Positions 9,398 to 19,371 of a stretch of 27,443 nucleotides of DNA are shown one piece after another. Positions within the stretch are counted from its first letter, which is position 1. Every line of letters begins with the position of its first letter. Under the pieces are notes generated by a model. That model worked only from the letters and a program-made list of their open reading frames with translations, did no database searches and was not told where the DNA came from. The position numbers and the translations under genes are program-made. The stretch is from a virus (Duplodnaviria; Heunggongvirae; Uroviricota; Caudoviricetes), in IMG/VR virus record IMGVR_UViG_3300017747_002194, positions 64,001 to 91,443 of that record; one strand, given 5' to 3'.

Positions 9398-9871
9398 TTA
9401 AAGTACTACGAAATGAATTTTAACTACATCGTTTAATACTGTAGCTGCAGGAGCACCATTACCAATCTTGATTTTAAAAGATCCTGAACCAGGAGTACCC
9501 TCAGTCATTACAATTGGATTACCTGTTTTACCAGAAGCGTATTCTGGTGTAAGTAATATAACTGAACTTGTTGTTACATAACTATTAGTTACTGTAAAAG
9601 GACCACTTGTAGAACCACCTGCAGTTGTTAAACTTACAGTTGTAATTACACCTGAAGCAGCATTAACAGTTACTCCTGTTGTAATATTAGTTGCTTGTGT
9701 TACTGTACCTTTAGTAACAGTTACTTTATCAGCTGTAACTAAGTCAGATGTAAATGATGTTGAAAAACCATTAACTACATTAATTATAGCGTCAATTGTA
9801 CTAGATAGTATTTTAACATTTGGGATTTTAGCTCCTAAAAAATACTTGTTTGAAATTAATTCTATTGCCAT
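9398..9871 (-). CDS. Putative head fibre/capsid decoration protein
   Basis: 157 aa Thr-rich; VTQATNITTGVTVNAASGVIT...FTVTNSYV...VILL module typical of phage fibre tips; located in the head module. Confidence 0.5.
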   Translation of the reverse strand: MAIELISNKYFLGAKIPNVKILSSTIDAIINVVNGFSTSFTSDLVTADKVTVTKGTVTQATNITTGVTVNAASGVITTVSLTTAGGSTSGPFTVTNSYVTTSSVILLTPEYASGKTGNPIVMTEGTPGSGSFKIKIGNGAPAATVLNDVVKIHFVVL

Positions 9872-9885
9872 TTAATTTAAATTTA

Positions 9886-10563
9886 TTATTCGTTTGTATT
9901 ATTAATCAAAGGATTGAATGATTGAGTTCTCTTACCTTCTATTCCTTCTAAAGCTATAGATACTGCTTGATCAATTATTTCTGAATGCATATGTTCAGAG
10001 AGGATAAATGTAATACCTGTTGTTATACTAACTTTAGGTGGCTGCATAATATATCTCATTCTGTAATCTACTATAGTACAAGATGATATTAATTCAACTC
10101 TGCCATTCTCCATTAATCTAAGAACTTTAGTTTCAGTAGGTTGTTTAAAAGGATCTTTAATTACTTTTGAAAACTCTGAATGGCTGATCGGAATAACTTC
10201 TACTAATTGAGTTACCGGTGATCCACATATTGTACATGTGATATTGCATCTTTCTTGTACAGTGAACCAGTGGTCTGTTGGTAAAGTTAAAAATCTTGCA
10301 GATGTGTCAATATTATCTGAAGCGTAAGCTAGAGGTGTTAATACCGCATTAACTGTAACATTTTTTAAGTCATTAGTTCTTTTTTCAGTTTCTTCAAAAG
10401 ATTGTCTTTTAACATTGTTAAAACCATACCTTTGTTTAATAATTCTTTGTTGAGCGTTATTAAGAATTAAATCTATCTCTTCTGGTAAGAAGTTAGGATA
10501 GTTTAAAGCATCCAACTTATCCAGTCTAAATTTAAATTCTTGATGTGCTTCTGCAATAGTCAT
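9886..10563 (-). CDS. Head-tail ring/neck protein (crAss-like conserved gene)
   Basis: MT..E.H.EF...LDK.D...YP.F.PEEID..LN.AQ N-terminus and terminal L.EH.H.EIID.AV..ALE pattern of crAss-like ring proteins; second gene after the MCP. Confidence 0.7.
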   Translation of the reverse strand: MTIAEAHQEFKFRLDKLDALNYPNFLPEEIDLILNNAQQRIIKQRYGFNNVKRQSFEETEKRTNDLKNVTVNAVLTPLAYASDNIDTSARFLTLPTDHWFTVQERCNITCTICGSPVTQLVEVIPISHSEFSKVIKDPFKQPTETKVLRLMENGRVELISSCTIVDYRMRYIMQPPKVSITTGITFILSEHMHSEIIDQAVSIALEGIEGKRTQSFNPLINNTNE

Positions 10564-11360
10564 TATTCAACTTTTGATTTTTTAGGTTTCAACTTTCCTT
10601 CTAAGGCTAATTTAACTGATTGGTTTTTTAAGTCTGATAAGTAACCTACTACTTCATCTGTAGAACTACCTAAAAGATCCTCACCATTGTAGAAGTAAGT
10701 TCCTTTCTTCTTAATGATATCTTTCTCAATTAATGCTGCTAATAAAGCTCTAACTGGAGTATCTTTAGCACTAGTTAAACGGATAAACTCTTTAGGATCA
10801 GATTTAACATTTTTGTATAACTCTGTCTTAACCATAGTCTCAGACATATTGTCTACACCCTTCTTACCATAGATTCTTAAAATACCTTTTCTCTCTTCTA
10901 CAGTAAGCTTAGTAAATGCTTCCATAGCTTCAAATTCAAAGTTGATTTTAGCATCTTCAATTTTACTAGCTGCTTCAGGATCATAGATATAGAACTTAGC
11001 TGTAGAGTTTCCTTCAACTGCATGTTCTGTTCTAGCAATCCAATCATGCTCTTGCAACATTCTGAATTTTAATTCATCATATGCATTAACAATATTGAAA
11101 ATTGTTAATTTATCATTTCTCAATCTAACTTCCATATCTCCCCAAAATTCAGCATTACGCTTACTTAAGGTTCCTTTAGGTAAGTTAAGTTCAGCTTCAA
11201 AAGCTGCTTCATCTGCAGGAGTTAATCCTGTTTTATATAATCCGGTGCTACTTAATTGAGCTCCCATGATTACAGTTAATGTCTTATTATAGTAAGACTG
11301 ACCTGAGAATTTGTTACGTATGATAGGTCGAATAACATACTGTCTGTTAGTAATTTCCAT
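10563..11360 (-). CDS. Conserved crAss-like protein immediately downstream of the MCP
   Basis: 265 aa; syntenic position after the MCP; C-terminal AL.....I..KG..YFY.GE.LLG.S.DEV..YL...KNQ motif. Confidence 0.65.
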   Translation of the reverse strand: MEITNRQYVIRPIIRNKFSGQSYYNKTLTVIMGAQLSSTGLYKTGLTPADEAAFEAELNLPKGTLSKRNAEFWGDMEVRLRNDKLTIFNIVNAYDELKFRMLQEHDWIARTEHAVEGNSTAKFYIYDPEAASKIEDAKINFEFEAMEAFTKLTVEERKGILRIYGKKGVDNMSETMVKTELYKNVKSDPKEFIRLTSAKDTPVRALLAALIEKDIIKKKGTYFYNGEDLLGSSTDEVVGYLSDLKNQSVKLALEGKLKPKKSKVE

Positions 11361-11390
11361 TGTTTTTTAATAATTGCCTTTATTAGTTTT

Positions 11391-11424
11391 AAAAAAAAGG
11401 AGTGTTTGGGTAGAGTACACTCCT
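11391..11424 (-). terminator. Rho-independent terminator after the major capsid gene
   Basis: 8-bp stem AGGAGTGT/ACACTCCT (11398-11405/11417-11424) followed by a run of T on the minus strand (A8 at 11391-11398). Confidence 0.85.
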
Positions 11425-11444
11425 AAGAAACTCTTTATTGTTGA

Positions 11445-12896
11445 CTAGCTAATGCTAGATGCATCTAAAATTAATTGAGCAGCATCTGATGGGTCACGTA
11501 ACATGATACCACATTCTGTCATTGCTTCAAATGTGTAACCATCTACTGAACTTGCAGATGAACCATTCTTCTTAGGTCCATAAGGTCCGTACATTCCCTC
11601 GATGTAAGTTGTTACCATCTCACGATCTTTAGAGTATACTTTTTGGATATTTGGTTCTCCTTTGTTATAAGATTTAAAGTTTAAGAAAGTTGCTTTGTAA
11701 GACTCAGCTGGTTTACCAGTTTGAGGATGTAACAAACGATTTCTTACTGTATCATTATAAGGCTTATACTCTTTTAAAGTGATCTTATCACCATTTAAAC
11801 CTGTATAAGTCATAAACTGACCATGTAATTCTAAGTTTTGTCCTTGACCAGCAATAAACTTACTATCTACTAAGTTAAAAGCAGAAGCTGAACGTTTCAT
11901 AGCTTGATCAAATAAATTCATGAATTCACGACCACATAATGCTACATATTCACGAGGACCATCTTCAGTACCATTGTATGCTAAATCTCCCATGAAATCA
12001 CGAATAGTTTTCTCATTTAAAGTAGTATACAAACGTTTATTACCTGGAGCAATTTGATTCTCTAATCCAGCACCTGAATAAATAGTATTACCAGAAGCAC
12101 CTTTTAAATCAGTTGTACCATTAGCTTTAATGTTAGATTCACCAAACATTAACATAATTTCAATCTCATCCATGAATTGTTTCCAGAATTCCCACTCAGC
12201 ATATTTTACCCAAGTGTTAGTTTTCTCATTAGTTTCAGGATTTAACATTGAAATAACCATTACACGGCTATGAGCAGCACCAGTAACTGAATATTTCTTA
12301 CGTAATGTAGACATGTAGTTTTCTAACATCATTGGTGTAGCATAATGAGTTTCACCAGATGTACGAGAGTGGTCATGTTCTACGATGTTGTATTCTTTAG
12401 ATACCTCTTTACCAACAGCAATTAAAGCTGAAGGGATAGATTTAGTAGTATCAGCTGTTACCAATTGACATACTAAGATATAATCCATACCATCATAAAT
12501 TGGTTCAGAAATTACACGAGCTTTATAATCTGGATTATCAAATAATAAAACGTCACCTTCTGAGAACCATTTCTCACCTACTCCAAATTTGAAAGTAGTA
12601 GCATTGATACCTACGCTAGAAGCTGCATCAAATACTGCACGAGTGATAGAGATTGCTTTACGAGAATCTCCAATGATGTTCCAACGGTATTGGATACCAT
12701 CAATTTCTTTAGATTTACCCATTCCACCTGTTAAGAAAGAAAGAGCATTTTTATAACCATTTTGTTTGTTATAAATACGAGTAATAACTTGACTAGCAAT
12801 AGCTGGCTCAGTTAAAAAGAACGTTGACAAGTGAGAGTCTTGAGTAAGACCTGCGTGCCAGTTCATGTTAGTTATTTGTAATGGACTAATTTGCAT
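11445..12896 (-). CDS. Major capsid protein (HK97 fold, Crassvirales type)
   Basis: 483 aa; N-terminal GLTQDSHL, central SG..HYATP.MLENY..TLRK, E.EIMLMFG..N and SGAGLENQI motifs; high-expression codon bias; own terminator; follows portal and scaffold-like gene. Confidence 0.92.
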   Translation of the reverse strand: MQISPLQITNMNWHAGLTQDSHLSTFFLTEPAIASQVITRIYNKQNGYKNALSFLTGGMGKSKEIDGIQYRWNIIGDSRKAISITRAVFDAASSVGINATTFKFGVGEKWFSEGDVLLFDNPDYKARVISEPIYDGMDYILVCQLVTADTTKSIPSALIAVGKEVSKEYNIVEHDHSRTSGETHYATPMMLENYMSTLRKKYSVTGAAHSRVMVISMLNPETNEKTNTWVKYAEWEFWKQFMDEIEIMLMFGESNIKANGTTDLKGASGNTIYSGAGLENQIAPGNKRLYTTLNEKTIRDFMGDLAYNGTEDGPREYVALCGREFMNLFDQAMKRSASAFNLVDSKFIAGQGQNLELHGQFMTYTGLNGDKITLKEYKPYNDTVRNRLLHPQTGKPAESYKATFLNFKSYNKGEPNIQKVYSKDREMVTTYIEGMYGPYGPKKNGSSASSVDGYTFEAMTECGIMLRDPSDAAQLILDASSIS

Positions 12897-12932
12897 TTGT
12901 TAATTTATTATATTGTTAATAATTGTTCTAGT

Positions 12933-14081
12933 TTATAATAAGCCGTTATTTAATGCCTGCTTAAAAGCACTGAAGTTTCCTGAAGACTTCTCTTGACTGA
13001 ATGAATCAGACTGTCCAGATTTAATCTTACTTCTTCCATCTTTGAAATTAGAAAGTTTATTAGCTAAATCAGAACTTACTTTGTTCTTAACTTTAGTTTC
13101 TAATTTACTCAAATCCCAATCATTCATTGCTAAATAAGCATACATGAATTGAGCATTCTCATTAGTCTCATTATGTTTTTGTAATCCTGTTTTACCAGTC
13201 TTATCAGGTTTCATAATGAAATCCCAAAGATTATCTTTCATTTTTGGTGTTAGCTTAAACCCTTGAATCTCATCTTTAGCGTATAAACGCTCTTTGAATT
13301 CTTCATATTGTTTTTTAGCCAATTCCTTTTGTTGAGCATCATATTTTCTTTGTTGTTCAACTAATTGCTCTTGATAAGATTTTTCAGCATTTTGTAATTT
13401 AGTTAAAGCTGTTTTAGCTTTCTTTTCCAAAATACCAGAAACTTCATATGTATCAATAGTTTCATTAATATCTTCATCATCCTCACCTTGAGCTTTTAAG
13501 TATTCTTTCAATACAGCTTTATGATCAGCTTCATCTTCTAATTTAAATTCTGCCCAAGAAGATTGGTTGTAGTAGATATCCATAAATTGTTTAGGATCTC
13601 CACCAGCTTCAACAAATTCTACTAATTTATGAATATCTTCAGGTAAGCTTTGCTTATACTTTTCGACTTCACGTTCAACTGTAGAACTCATTAGTTTTTT
13701 TAGACCTTCCTCAGAATCCTCGAAAGATTCTTCATCATAGTCAACTAAACCTTTTTCACCTAACCAGCTTGCAAATACTTTGAGAGAAGAATCTTCCGCA
13801 GTAGTTGTTTCTGTAGATTCAACTGGAGTAGTTTTTTCAATTTCTTCCTCTGTTGTTTCTTTAGGTGTTTCCTTAATTTCTTTTTTAACTTCTTTAGTTT
13901 CAGTTTGTGTAGTTTCAGTTTCATCAACCTCATCAGTTAAATCAGAATCTAAAGTTGTTTTGTTTACAGAATTATCTTCCTTAAAATCATCTGTAAATTG
14001 CATTTCTAAACCTTCACCAAATGGTGTGTCAAGAATATTAAACTCTTTTAATGGAGCTTCATTTTTTGTTTCCTTACTCAT
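12933..14081 (-). CDS. Scaffold-like acidic protein upstream of the MCP
   Basis: 382 aa with an E/T/D-rich disordered N-terminus and coiled-coil C-half; sits between portal and MCP, a position conserved in crAss-like phages. Confidence 0.7.
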   Translation of the reverse strand: MSKETKNEAPLKEFNILDTPFGEGLEMQFTDDFKEDNSVNKTTLDSDLTDEVDETETTQTETKEVKKEIKETPKETTEEEIEKTTPVESTETTTAEDSSLKVFASWLGEKGLVDYDEESFEDSEEGLKKLMSSTVEREVEKYKQSLPEDIHKLVEFVEAGGDPKQFMDIYYNQSSWAEFKLEDEADHKAVLKEYLKAQGEDDEDINETIDTYEVSGILEKKAKTALTKLQNAEKSYQEQLVEQQRKYDAQQKELAKKQYEEFKERLYAKDEIQGFKLTPKMKDNLWDFIMKPDKTGKTGLQKHNETNENAQFMYAYLAMNDWDLSKLETKVKNKVSSDLANKLSNFKDGRSKIKSGQSDSFSQEKSSGNFSAFKQALNNGLL

Positions 14082-14103
14082 TTTTTGCCTTATTAATATA
14101 CTA

Positions 14104-14135
14104 TAAATATAACTGATTTGATTATTGTATGCAAA
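14104..14135 (-). promoter_or_regulatory. Bacteroidota sigmaA-type promoter for the scaffold-MCP operon
   Basis: TTTG (14135-14132), 20-nt spacer, TATATTTA (14111-14104). Shares the 15-mer AAATCAGTTATATTT with the promoter at 21809-21840. Confidence 0.75.
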
Positions 14136-14138
14136 TAC

Positions 14139-14164
14139 AAAAAGTTAGATAATCAACTAACTTT
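14139..14164 (-). terminator. Terminator after the portal-ferritin unit
   Basis: 8-bp stem AAAGTTAG/CTAACTTT (14141-14148/14157-14164), 8-nt loop, T-rich tail; abuts the next promoter. Confidence 0.6.
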
Positions 14165-14175
14165 CTATAGCTTTA

Positions 14176-14700
14176 TTAACCTTTTAATTCCTCATCAAAA
14201 AGTCTCATAGCGATCTTATCTTCACCAAAAGCTTCTAATTTATCCATATAAGTTTGTACTTTTCCTAACTCTTCTTGCTGTTCAGTTAAGTATTTTAATG
14301 CTAATTGGTATAGTAAATGATTACTATATTTCAAAGCATGTGATGCTAACTCATTGCATTGTTGAGTAACCATAATCTCATGAGCATATGATTGCTTAAT
14401 AATATCAGGTAATCCTGTAAATACTTGAGGAGGTTCTTTTAATGCTGGTAACTTAGGAGTTACTCCCATATCCAATAAGAAATCTTTAGCCCATTGAGCA
14501 TGTTTCATTTCATCTTCAGAATCTTTTAACCAGGCAGAAGCTGCTCCAGTATATCCATGGTCATTTAACCATAGAGACATTATTTGATAGAATCTACTAG
14601 AATACTCTTCCTGTTCAATTCTATAGTTTAAAATATCTATACACTCTTTTGAGGCAAAAGGATTTTTAACCCCTCCTAGTTTTACTTTAGGTACTTCCAT
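14176..14700 (-). CDS. ftn: Non-haem ferritin (FtnA-like) with intact ferroxidase centre
   Basis: Four-helix ferritin pattern: LNYRIEQE..SS..Y (E17/Y24 equivalents), DEMKH (E50/H53), YAHE (E94), YLTEQQEE (E126/Q127/E130) by manual alignment to E. coli FtnA. Confidence 0.9.
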   Translation of the reverse strand: MEVPKVKLGGVKNPFASKECIDILNYRIEQEEYSSRFYQIMSLWLNDHGYTGAASAWLKDSEDEMKHAQWAKDFLLDMGVTPKLPALKEPPQVFTGLPDIIKQSYAHEIMVTQQCNELASHALKYSNHLLYQLALKYLTEQQEELGKVQTYMDKLEAFGEDKIAMRLFDEELKG

Positions 14701-17279
14701 TATTTCTTAGTTTTAGCTGCTTTAGCTTTAGCTGCAGCAATTTTCATTTTTTCAACTTCTATTTTATTTTTCATCTCTTTTTCCTTAAGAGCATGGTCTC
14801 TCTTCTGCATTAACTCTTGAGATTTATTTTGAACTTCAATAGCTCTAATTTTCTTATTCTCAAGTTCCTGCTTCATTCTAATCTCTTTATCCTTTTGAGC
14901 TAATACTTCATCATGCTTTTTCTTATCATGGCCTAACTTAGACTGTTCTAAGAAAGCTTTAGAAGATAGCTCTTGTTGTTTTAAAGCATTAGCAGCAATC
15001 TCTGAAGGATCAGGGATACCATTAGCATTTTGATCTAAGTTCTCTTGTCTAGCAAAAACACCAATCTCAGCTACTTGAATCTTAGTCTCGTTATTAAGTT
15101 CTGCAATATATCTCTCTTGATCAAGTTTTAAATGATCTAACTCAACTTGTTCAGCATGCATTTGTTGTTGAATAGATTCAACTTTCATTTCATGCTCTTG
15201 TTGAGCTTTAGAACTTTCAGCTTGACGTTGGTAGAATTCCTCTTCCTTACGTTGTAATAATCTTACAATATCTCTAGGAGAATCATTCATTAATGTTTCT
15301 ACAATTGCAGATAAGTCTACTTTTTCAGATTGTAAAGCTACTTGAACTAATTGATCTAATTTAGCTTTTAACTCAAGATCTTTAGTATTGTTAGTTACAA
15401 AGACATTAAACTCTGAACATTCAAATTCATTTTCTTCTAAATTAAGCATCTCAATACCCATATCATCTAAGACATATTGAGCAGTTAATCCTTTTTTATA
15501 AGCAATCTTAGCTACTTCAATCATAGCTGTGTAAGCTCTACGCTTAACTTCAGCATGAGCTTCATATAAATATTCAGTAATTAAAGAAGACTGGTTTACA
15601 GATCTTTCTACATTACCTACTAATTCTGAATTATTAATAGCACCTAAACGTTGAGGAGTTACACCTGATACAAAAGCCACTTGTTGCTTAATGTAATCAA
15701 GCATGTTGATGTATTGTTGGATAGACTGACTTAAACTTAAATCAATAGCCTGGAACTGATTAAACTTATTAGCTAATTGTCCTTGGGCCATACCTTTTTT
15801 ACCCTCTTCAAAACTATTGATGAAGGCAATATTCATTTCTTTTAGATAGTACATCCATCTATCTAAGTCAATACCATGTTGCTCAGGAATCTGAGCTAAA
15901 TCCATAATAAACTTCTTACCTTGATCAGATGCAAAAGCAATCTCTAATCTGTATGAAATAATATCATATAAATATTGGTAAGGTTTTAATCTATCAATTA
16001 AACTTACTGATTGAGAGTTAGTAGCTTCATAGATAAATCCTGTATATCCTAATCTACAGAAATAAGGGTTATCTAATCTACGTCTTTGGTTAGCTTTAGG
16101 TTTAATATCTGTAAAGATATCTAATCCAATTTTAACACCTTCCCAAGCTTCATTAATCCAATACCACTCTACAACAGCATCAGGGAAAGCTTGTCTAAAT
16201 ACTCTTAAGTTAAATAACTCATCAACAATTTCTGTTTGAGGTTCACCATCTTCACTTGTCCAAGTTAATTCACCAATCTTTTTCATAGACTTCCACTCAA
16301 CTCTAGTTACTCTGATAGAATAGTTATTACTATTATTTCCATTGTAAGCATTAGTTGGTGTTACTCCTGCAAAAGCATTTTGATTATTAACTATATCAAA
16401 CTGAGGTTCAAAACCACCTGCAGTATTAAAAGAACCAAAAGTCCCTCTAGTATAATTTTCTAATTTTTCTACATCTTCTTTAGATAGAATATCTCCATAC
16501 TCATCTAAGATAGTATTGATAGCTAACATCCTCTCTTCTACTACAGCTATAGCATCATCTACAAATGTAGTATCTCCATCTAGGATCACAGTTAAATTAA
16601 CTGGATTAACTCTACGCATAGCTACTTCATCATTCTCAATACCTACCCAGTAAATCTCTTCACCAGCAACTAAAGCATCTTTCCATCCTTGAGAAAATAA
16701 TAATCTAGTATTACATTTCTTCTTAAGGACTTTAAGAATCTTATTAGCTTTAGATTCAATTATGTCTGACGGGGTATACTTTTCGTGCTTGACGATTTCC
16801 TCCGGTGGAGGCGGTGGATTGTTAGGGTCTGCATTAGGATCAATTTGATAAGCCAAACCTTGTTGTAAAGCTTCAAAAATCTTTTGTTTAATCGCTGCAG
16901 TTTTGCGGTTAATATCATCTGGTGATTCAGTAACTACTATGTGGTTATCAGGTCTTTTAGTTTCTTCACCAATAAGCAACCTAATTGGTTCAGATATAAT
17001 ATCATAATGTTGAAATCTAGCTGAAAATGTACTTGAATTACTGATACCAAGTGGATCACATATTGTTTCAATATCTTTGTGGTTAACTTTACCATTGTAT
17101 AAGTCATAGTTAATTAACTTTCTGAATCTATCAGAACGTAAATTACTACCATTTGTGTATCTATAATTTGAATAATAGTTAATGCAAGACTTACCCCACT
17201 CTTTGTCTTTTTGAGACATGGGTAACTTTTGTTGCGGTAAATTCTGACCACCTAAATTGGCGTATATATCTTGACTCAT
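14700..17279 (-). CDS. Portal protein (crAss-like, long C-terminal coiled-coil barrel)
   Basis: 859 aa directly downstream of TerL; LP.QKL...KD..W N-terminus, WINE.WEG.KIG, KP.QY.Y.I..Y.LE...A.D.G, G...QR.G motifs; Q/E/K-rich C-terminus with a DQNANGIPD motif. Confidence 0.92.
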   Translation of the reverse strand: MSQDIYANLGGQNLPQQKLPMSQKDKEWGKSCINYYSNYRYTNGSNLRSDRFRKLINYDLYNGKVNHKDIETICDPLGISNSSTFSARFQHYDIISEPIRLLIGEETKRPDNHIVVTESPDDINRKTAAIKQKIFEALQQGLAYQIDPNADPNNPPPPPEEIVKHEKYTPSDIIESKANKILKVLKKKCNTRLLFSQGWKDALVAGEEIYWVGIENDEVAMRRVNPVNLTVILDGDTTFVDDAIAVVEERMLAINTILDEYGDILSKEDVEKLENYTRGTFGSFNTAGGFEPQFDIVNNQNAFAGVTPTNAYNGNNSNNYSIRVTRVEWKSMKKIGELTWTSEDGEPQTEIVDELFNLRVFRQAFPDAVVEWYWINEAWEGVKIGLDIFTDIKPKANQRRRLDNPYFCRLGYTGFIYEATNSQSVSLIDRLKPYQYLYDIISYRLEIAFASDQGKKFIMDLAQIPEQHGIDLDRWMYYLKEMNIAFINSFEEGKKGMAQGQLANKFNQFQAIDLSLSQSIQQYINMLDYIKQQVAFVSGVTPQRLGAINNSELVGNVERSVNQSSLITEYLYEAHAEVKRRAYTAMIEVAKIAYKKGLTAQYVLDDMGIEMLNLEENEFECSEFNVFVTNNTKDLELKAKLDQLVQVALQSEKVDLSAIVETLMNDSPRDIVRLLQRKEEEFYQRQAESSKAQQEHEMKVESIQQQMHAEQVELDHLKLDQERYIAELNNETKIQVAEIGVFARQENLDQNANGIPDPSEIAANALKQQELSSKAFLEQSKLGHDKKKHDEVLAQKDKEIRMKQELENKKIRAIEVQNKSQELMQKRDHALKEKEMKNKIEVEKMKIAAAKAKAAKTKK

Positions 17280-19369
17280 TAGTTTGTACTTGCGTTAAAT
17301 TGAGAATTCTTTCTATTAAATATAAGACTTTTTTTGTAGATTCTCTCAAGGTAAGCCCCTGATGAGCTAGTCATATTTGATAGCTCTTCTACATGTATTC
17401 TATGTAATTCGTATGTTTGTAATACGCATAACATTACTGCTATGACTCTATCTGTATTTATTTCACGATCATAAGCAATAAGCTCTTTTAATAGAGGTAT
17501 TGACTTAATTGTTTGGAATCTACAAATTTTAGATCCTTCAGTTGGGCCATCTATTTCTTCATATAACCATTTCTTAAGATATAACTCACATTGATCTTTA
17601 ATACCAGATGCTCCATTAGATCCTCTGTTCATATGAATACCATAACCACGTTGAACTCTAGAATCTTTAATCATATCCTTAATAATACCTGGTTGTTCAC
17701 ACATGTACATTAATGAGTTCTTTTGTTCAAAGTACACTTTTAAACCTTTTAACTGGTTCTCGTATAATACTTTAGAGTTATAATAAATACAAAGTTTTCT
17801 ACAAACCTCATAAAACTCTTCTGCAGTATCTGGTCTAGAGGTATACTCTGCTACAATAATATCATGAGTACTGCCAGCTTTATAGAATCTTTTATAGACA
17901 AAGAAAGAACCTAGGGAACCAGATTCTGACTTATCTTGATCATAAGGGTCACACCCTGCTATGTATAAATAGTTTGGTACCTGTCCATTAACATCTTTTT
18001 CTGGATGCTCCCAAATTACAGCACATCCATTAGTTGTGAATCCTTCTCCTGATTTAGGATCTTTCCTTAAAGGAAAGTCTATTAGATGAACTAATTCATC
18101 ATTAGGTCTCCATTTAAGATCTCCTCCATCAAAGTATAATTCACCCTTTTGAGCCTGACCTCTAAGACTAGGAGTATTTTCTAAAGTACCTAACCATTCT
18201 AACATCTCTGGAGAACCAAAGACATTACCTTTATTTCTTAAGAAAGCTTCTTTCCAAGAAGTAGGGAACTGAGTAGTGATGTTATGGATAGCTTTAGGAT
18301 CTAAACCATGTTTAGCCTTAGCTCTTAAAAACTCAATATCATCTAACGCAGCTTCTTGATTAGAGTTTCCATCTTTATCAACCATAGGTTGGTTATACCA
18401 TCTAGACTCTGGATTTAAACATACACCTAAACGTCCTTTAGTAGCTGAACTGAAGAATCCTATTCTAGCATTTGGATTGAATGGATCTTCAAAAGAAAGC
18501 ATGTTATACTTATCTGGGTTAGTAAACATCTCATAGAAATACTTACTACCTGAATCCATATCTCCAGAAGAACCAAATACTAATGATACTCCAGTATAAG
18601 TAGAACCATCTTTAATCAAAGGTTCTGTATATCCATAAGTATCTGTGATATTATTAAATACACCGGCCTCATCTAGTATTAACCAGGAAGCACTTAAACC
18701 TACGGCTGCAGTAGGATTATCTTTAAAGCTGATAGATCTAACTTCTGAGTTATAACCTTTCCATACTTTAACTCCTCCTACTGTTGCCTGGTATCTAGCC
18801 TTAATAAAATCTTTAAGATCAGGATTTCTTTGTTTCCTAAATTCAGTATTAGTATTGATAAAGTTTGAATTATCAATAACCATGTTCATAGTATTCTGAC
18901 TAAATGAACTAAAGAATGCTCCAATTACTGCTTTACTATCTGGGTAGAAATAGAATTCATGTGTACATATTGCCGCTGCTTTATAAGACCAACCTTGACG
19001 GCGACCTTTAACAGCAACTAAAGATTTTTGATTTATTCTACAATATTCTACCATCCAGAAGAATTCGTAATCTAAATCTATAAACCTAGGAAAGATTTTA
19101 GATTTCTTTCCAGTCTTCTCATTAAGACCTAATATAGGACAGAAGTTTAGATAGAAGAAATGCTGTCCTGTAATCTTTTGTCCACAAGAGTTAGTAAATC
19201 CATTCAAACATTTATCTTTAACATCCTGCCAAAATTCCACATACTCTATGGTACCTGGAATAGCATTGGTGTATAAACCTGTTTTATTATATCGTTCAGC
19301 AAGATATGAAAACTCTTTAGTGTTTTTAAAGTAGTCTACACATATTACATAAGGGTTGTCTTTCAGCAT
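17279..19369 (-). CDS. terL: Terminase large subunit
   Basis: 696 aa; Walker A region KGRRQGWSYK, Walker B WLILDEAG, coupling motif FGSSG, RNase-H-like nuclease YIAGCDPY...DRVIA; uninterrupted. Confidence 0.95.
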   Translation of the reverse strand: MLKDNPYVICVDYFKNTKEFSYLAERYNKTGLYTNAIPGTIEYVEFWQDVKDKCLNGFTNSCGQKITGQHFFYLNFCPILGLNEKTGKKSKIFPRFIDLDYEFFWMVEYCRINQKSLVAVKGRRQGWSYKAAAICTHEFYFYPDSKAVIGAFFSSFSQNTMNMVIDNSNFINTNTEFRKQRNPDLKDFIKARYQATVGGVKVWKGYNSEVRSISFKDNPTAAVGLSASWLILDEAGVFNNITDTYGYTEPLIKDGSTYTGVSLVFGSSGDMDSGSKYFYEMFTNPDKYNMLSFEDPFNPNARIGFFSSATKGRLGVCLNPESRWYNQPMVDKDGNSNQEAALDDIEFLRAKAKHGLDPKAIHNITTQFPTSWKEAFLRNKGNVFGSPEMLEWLGTLENTPSLRGQAQKGELYFDGGDLKWRPNDELVHLIDFPLRKDPKSGEGFTTNGCAVIWEHPEKDVNGQVPNYLYIAGCDPYDQDKSESGSLGSFFVYKRFYKAGSTHDIIVAEYTSRPDTAEEFYEVCRKLCIYYNSKVLYENQLKGLKVYFEQKNSLMYMCEQPGIIKDMIKDSRVQRGYGIHMNRGSNGASGIKDQCELYLKKWLYEEIDGPTEGSKICRFQTIKSIPLLKELIAYDREINTDRVIAVMLCVLQTYELHRIHVEELSNMTSSSGAYLERIYKKSLIFNRKNSQFNASTN

Positions 19370-19371
19370 AT

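Noticed and set aside
13780-14106. Plus-strand 108-aa Ser/Val-rich ORF
   Set aside because: Antisense mirror of the Glu/Thr-rich scaffold N-terminus.
17279-19369. Intein or group I intron in terL (also checked MCP and portal)
   Set aside because: Single uninterrupted ORFs of ordinary length with collinear motifs; no intein termini or homing endonuclease seen.
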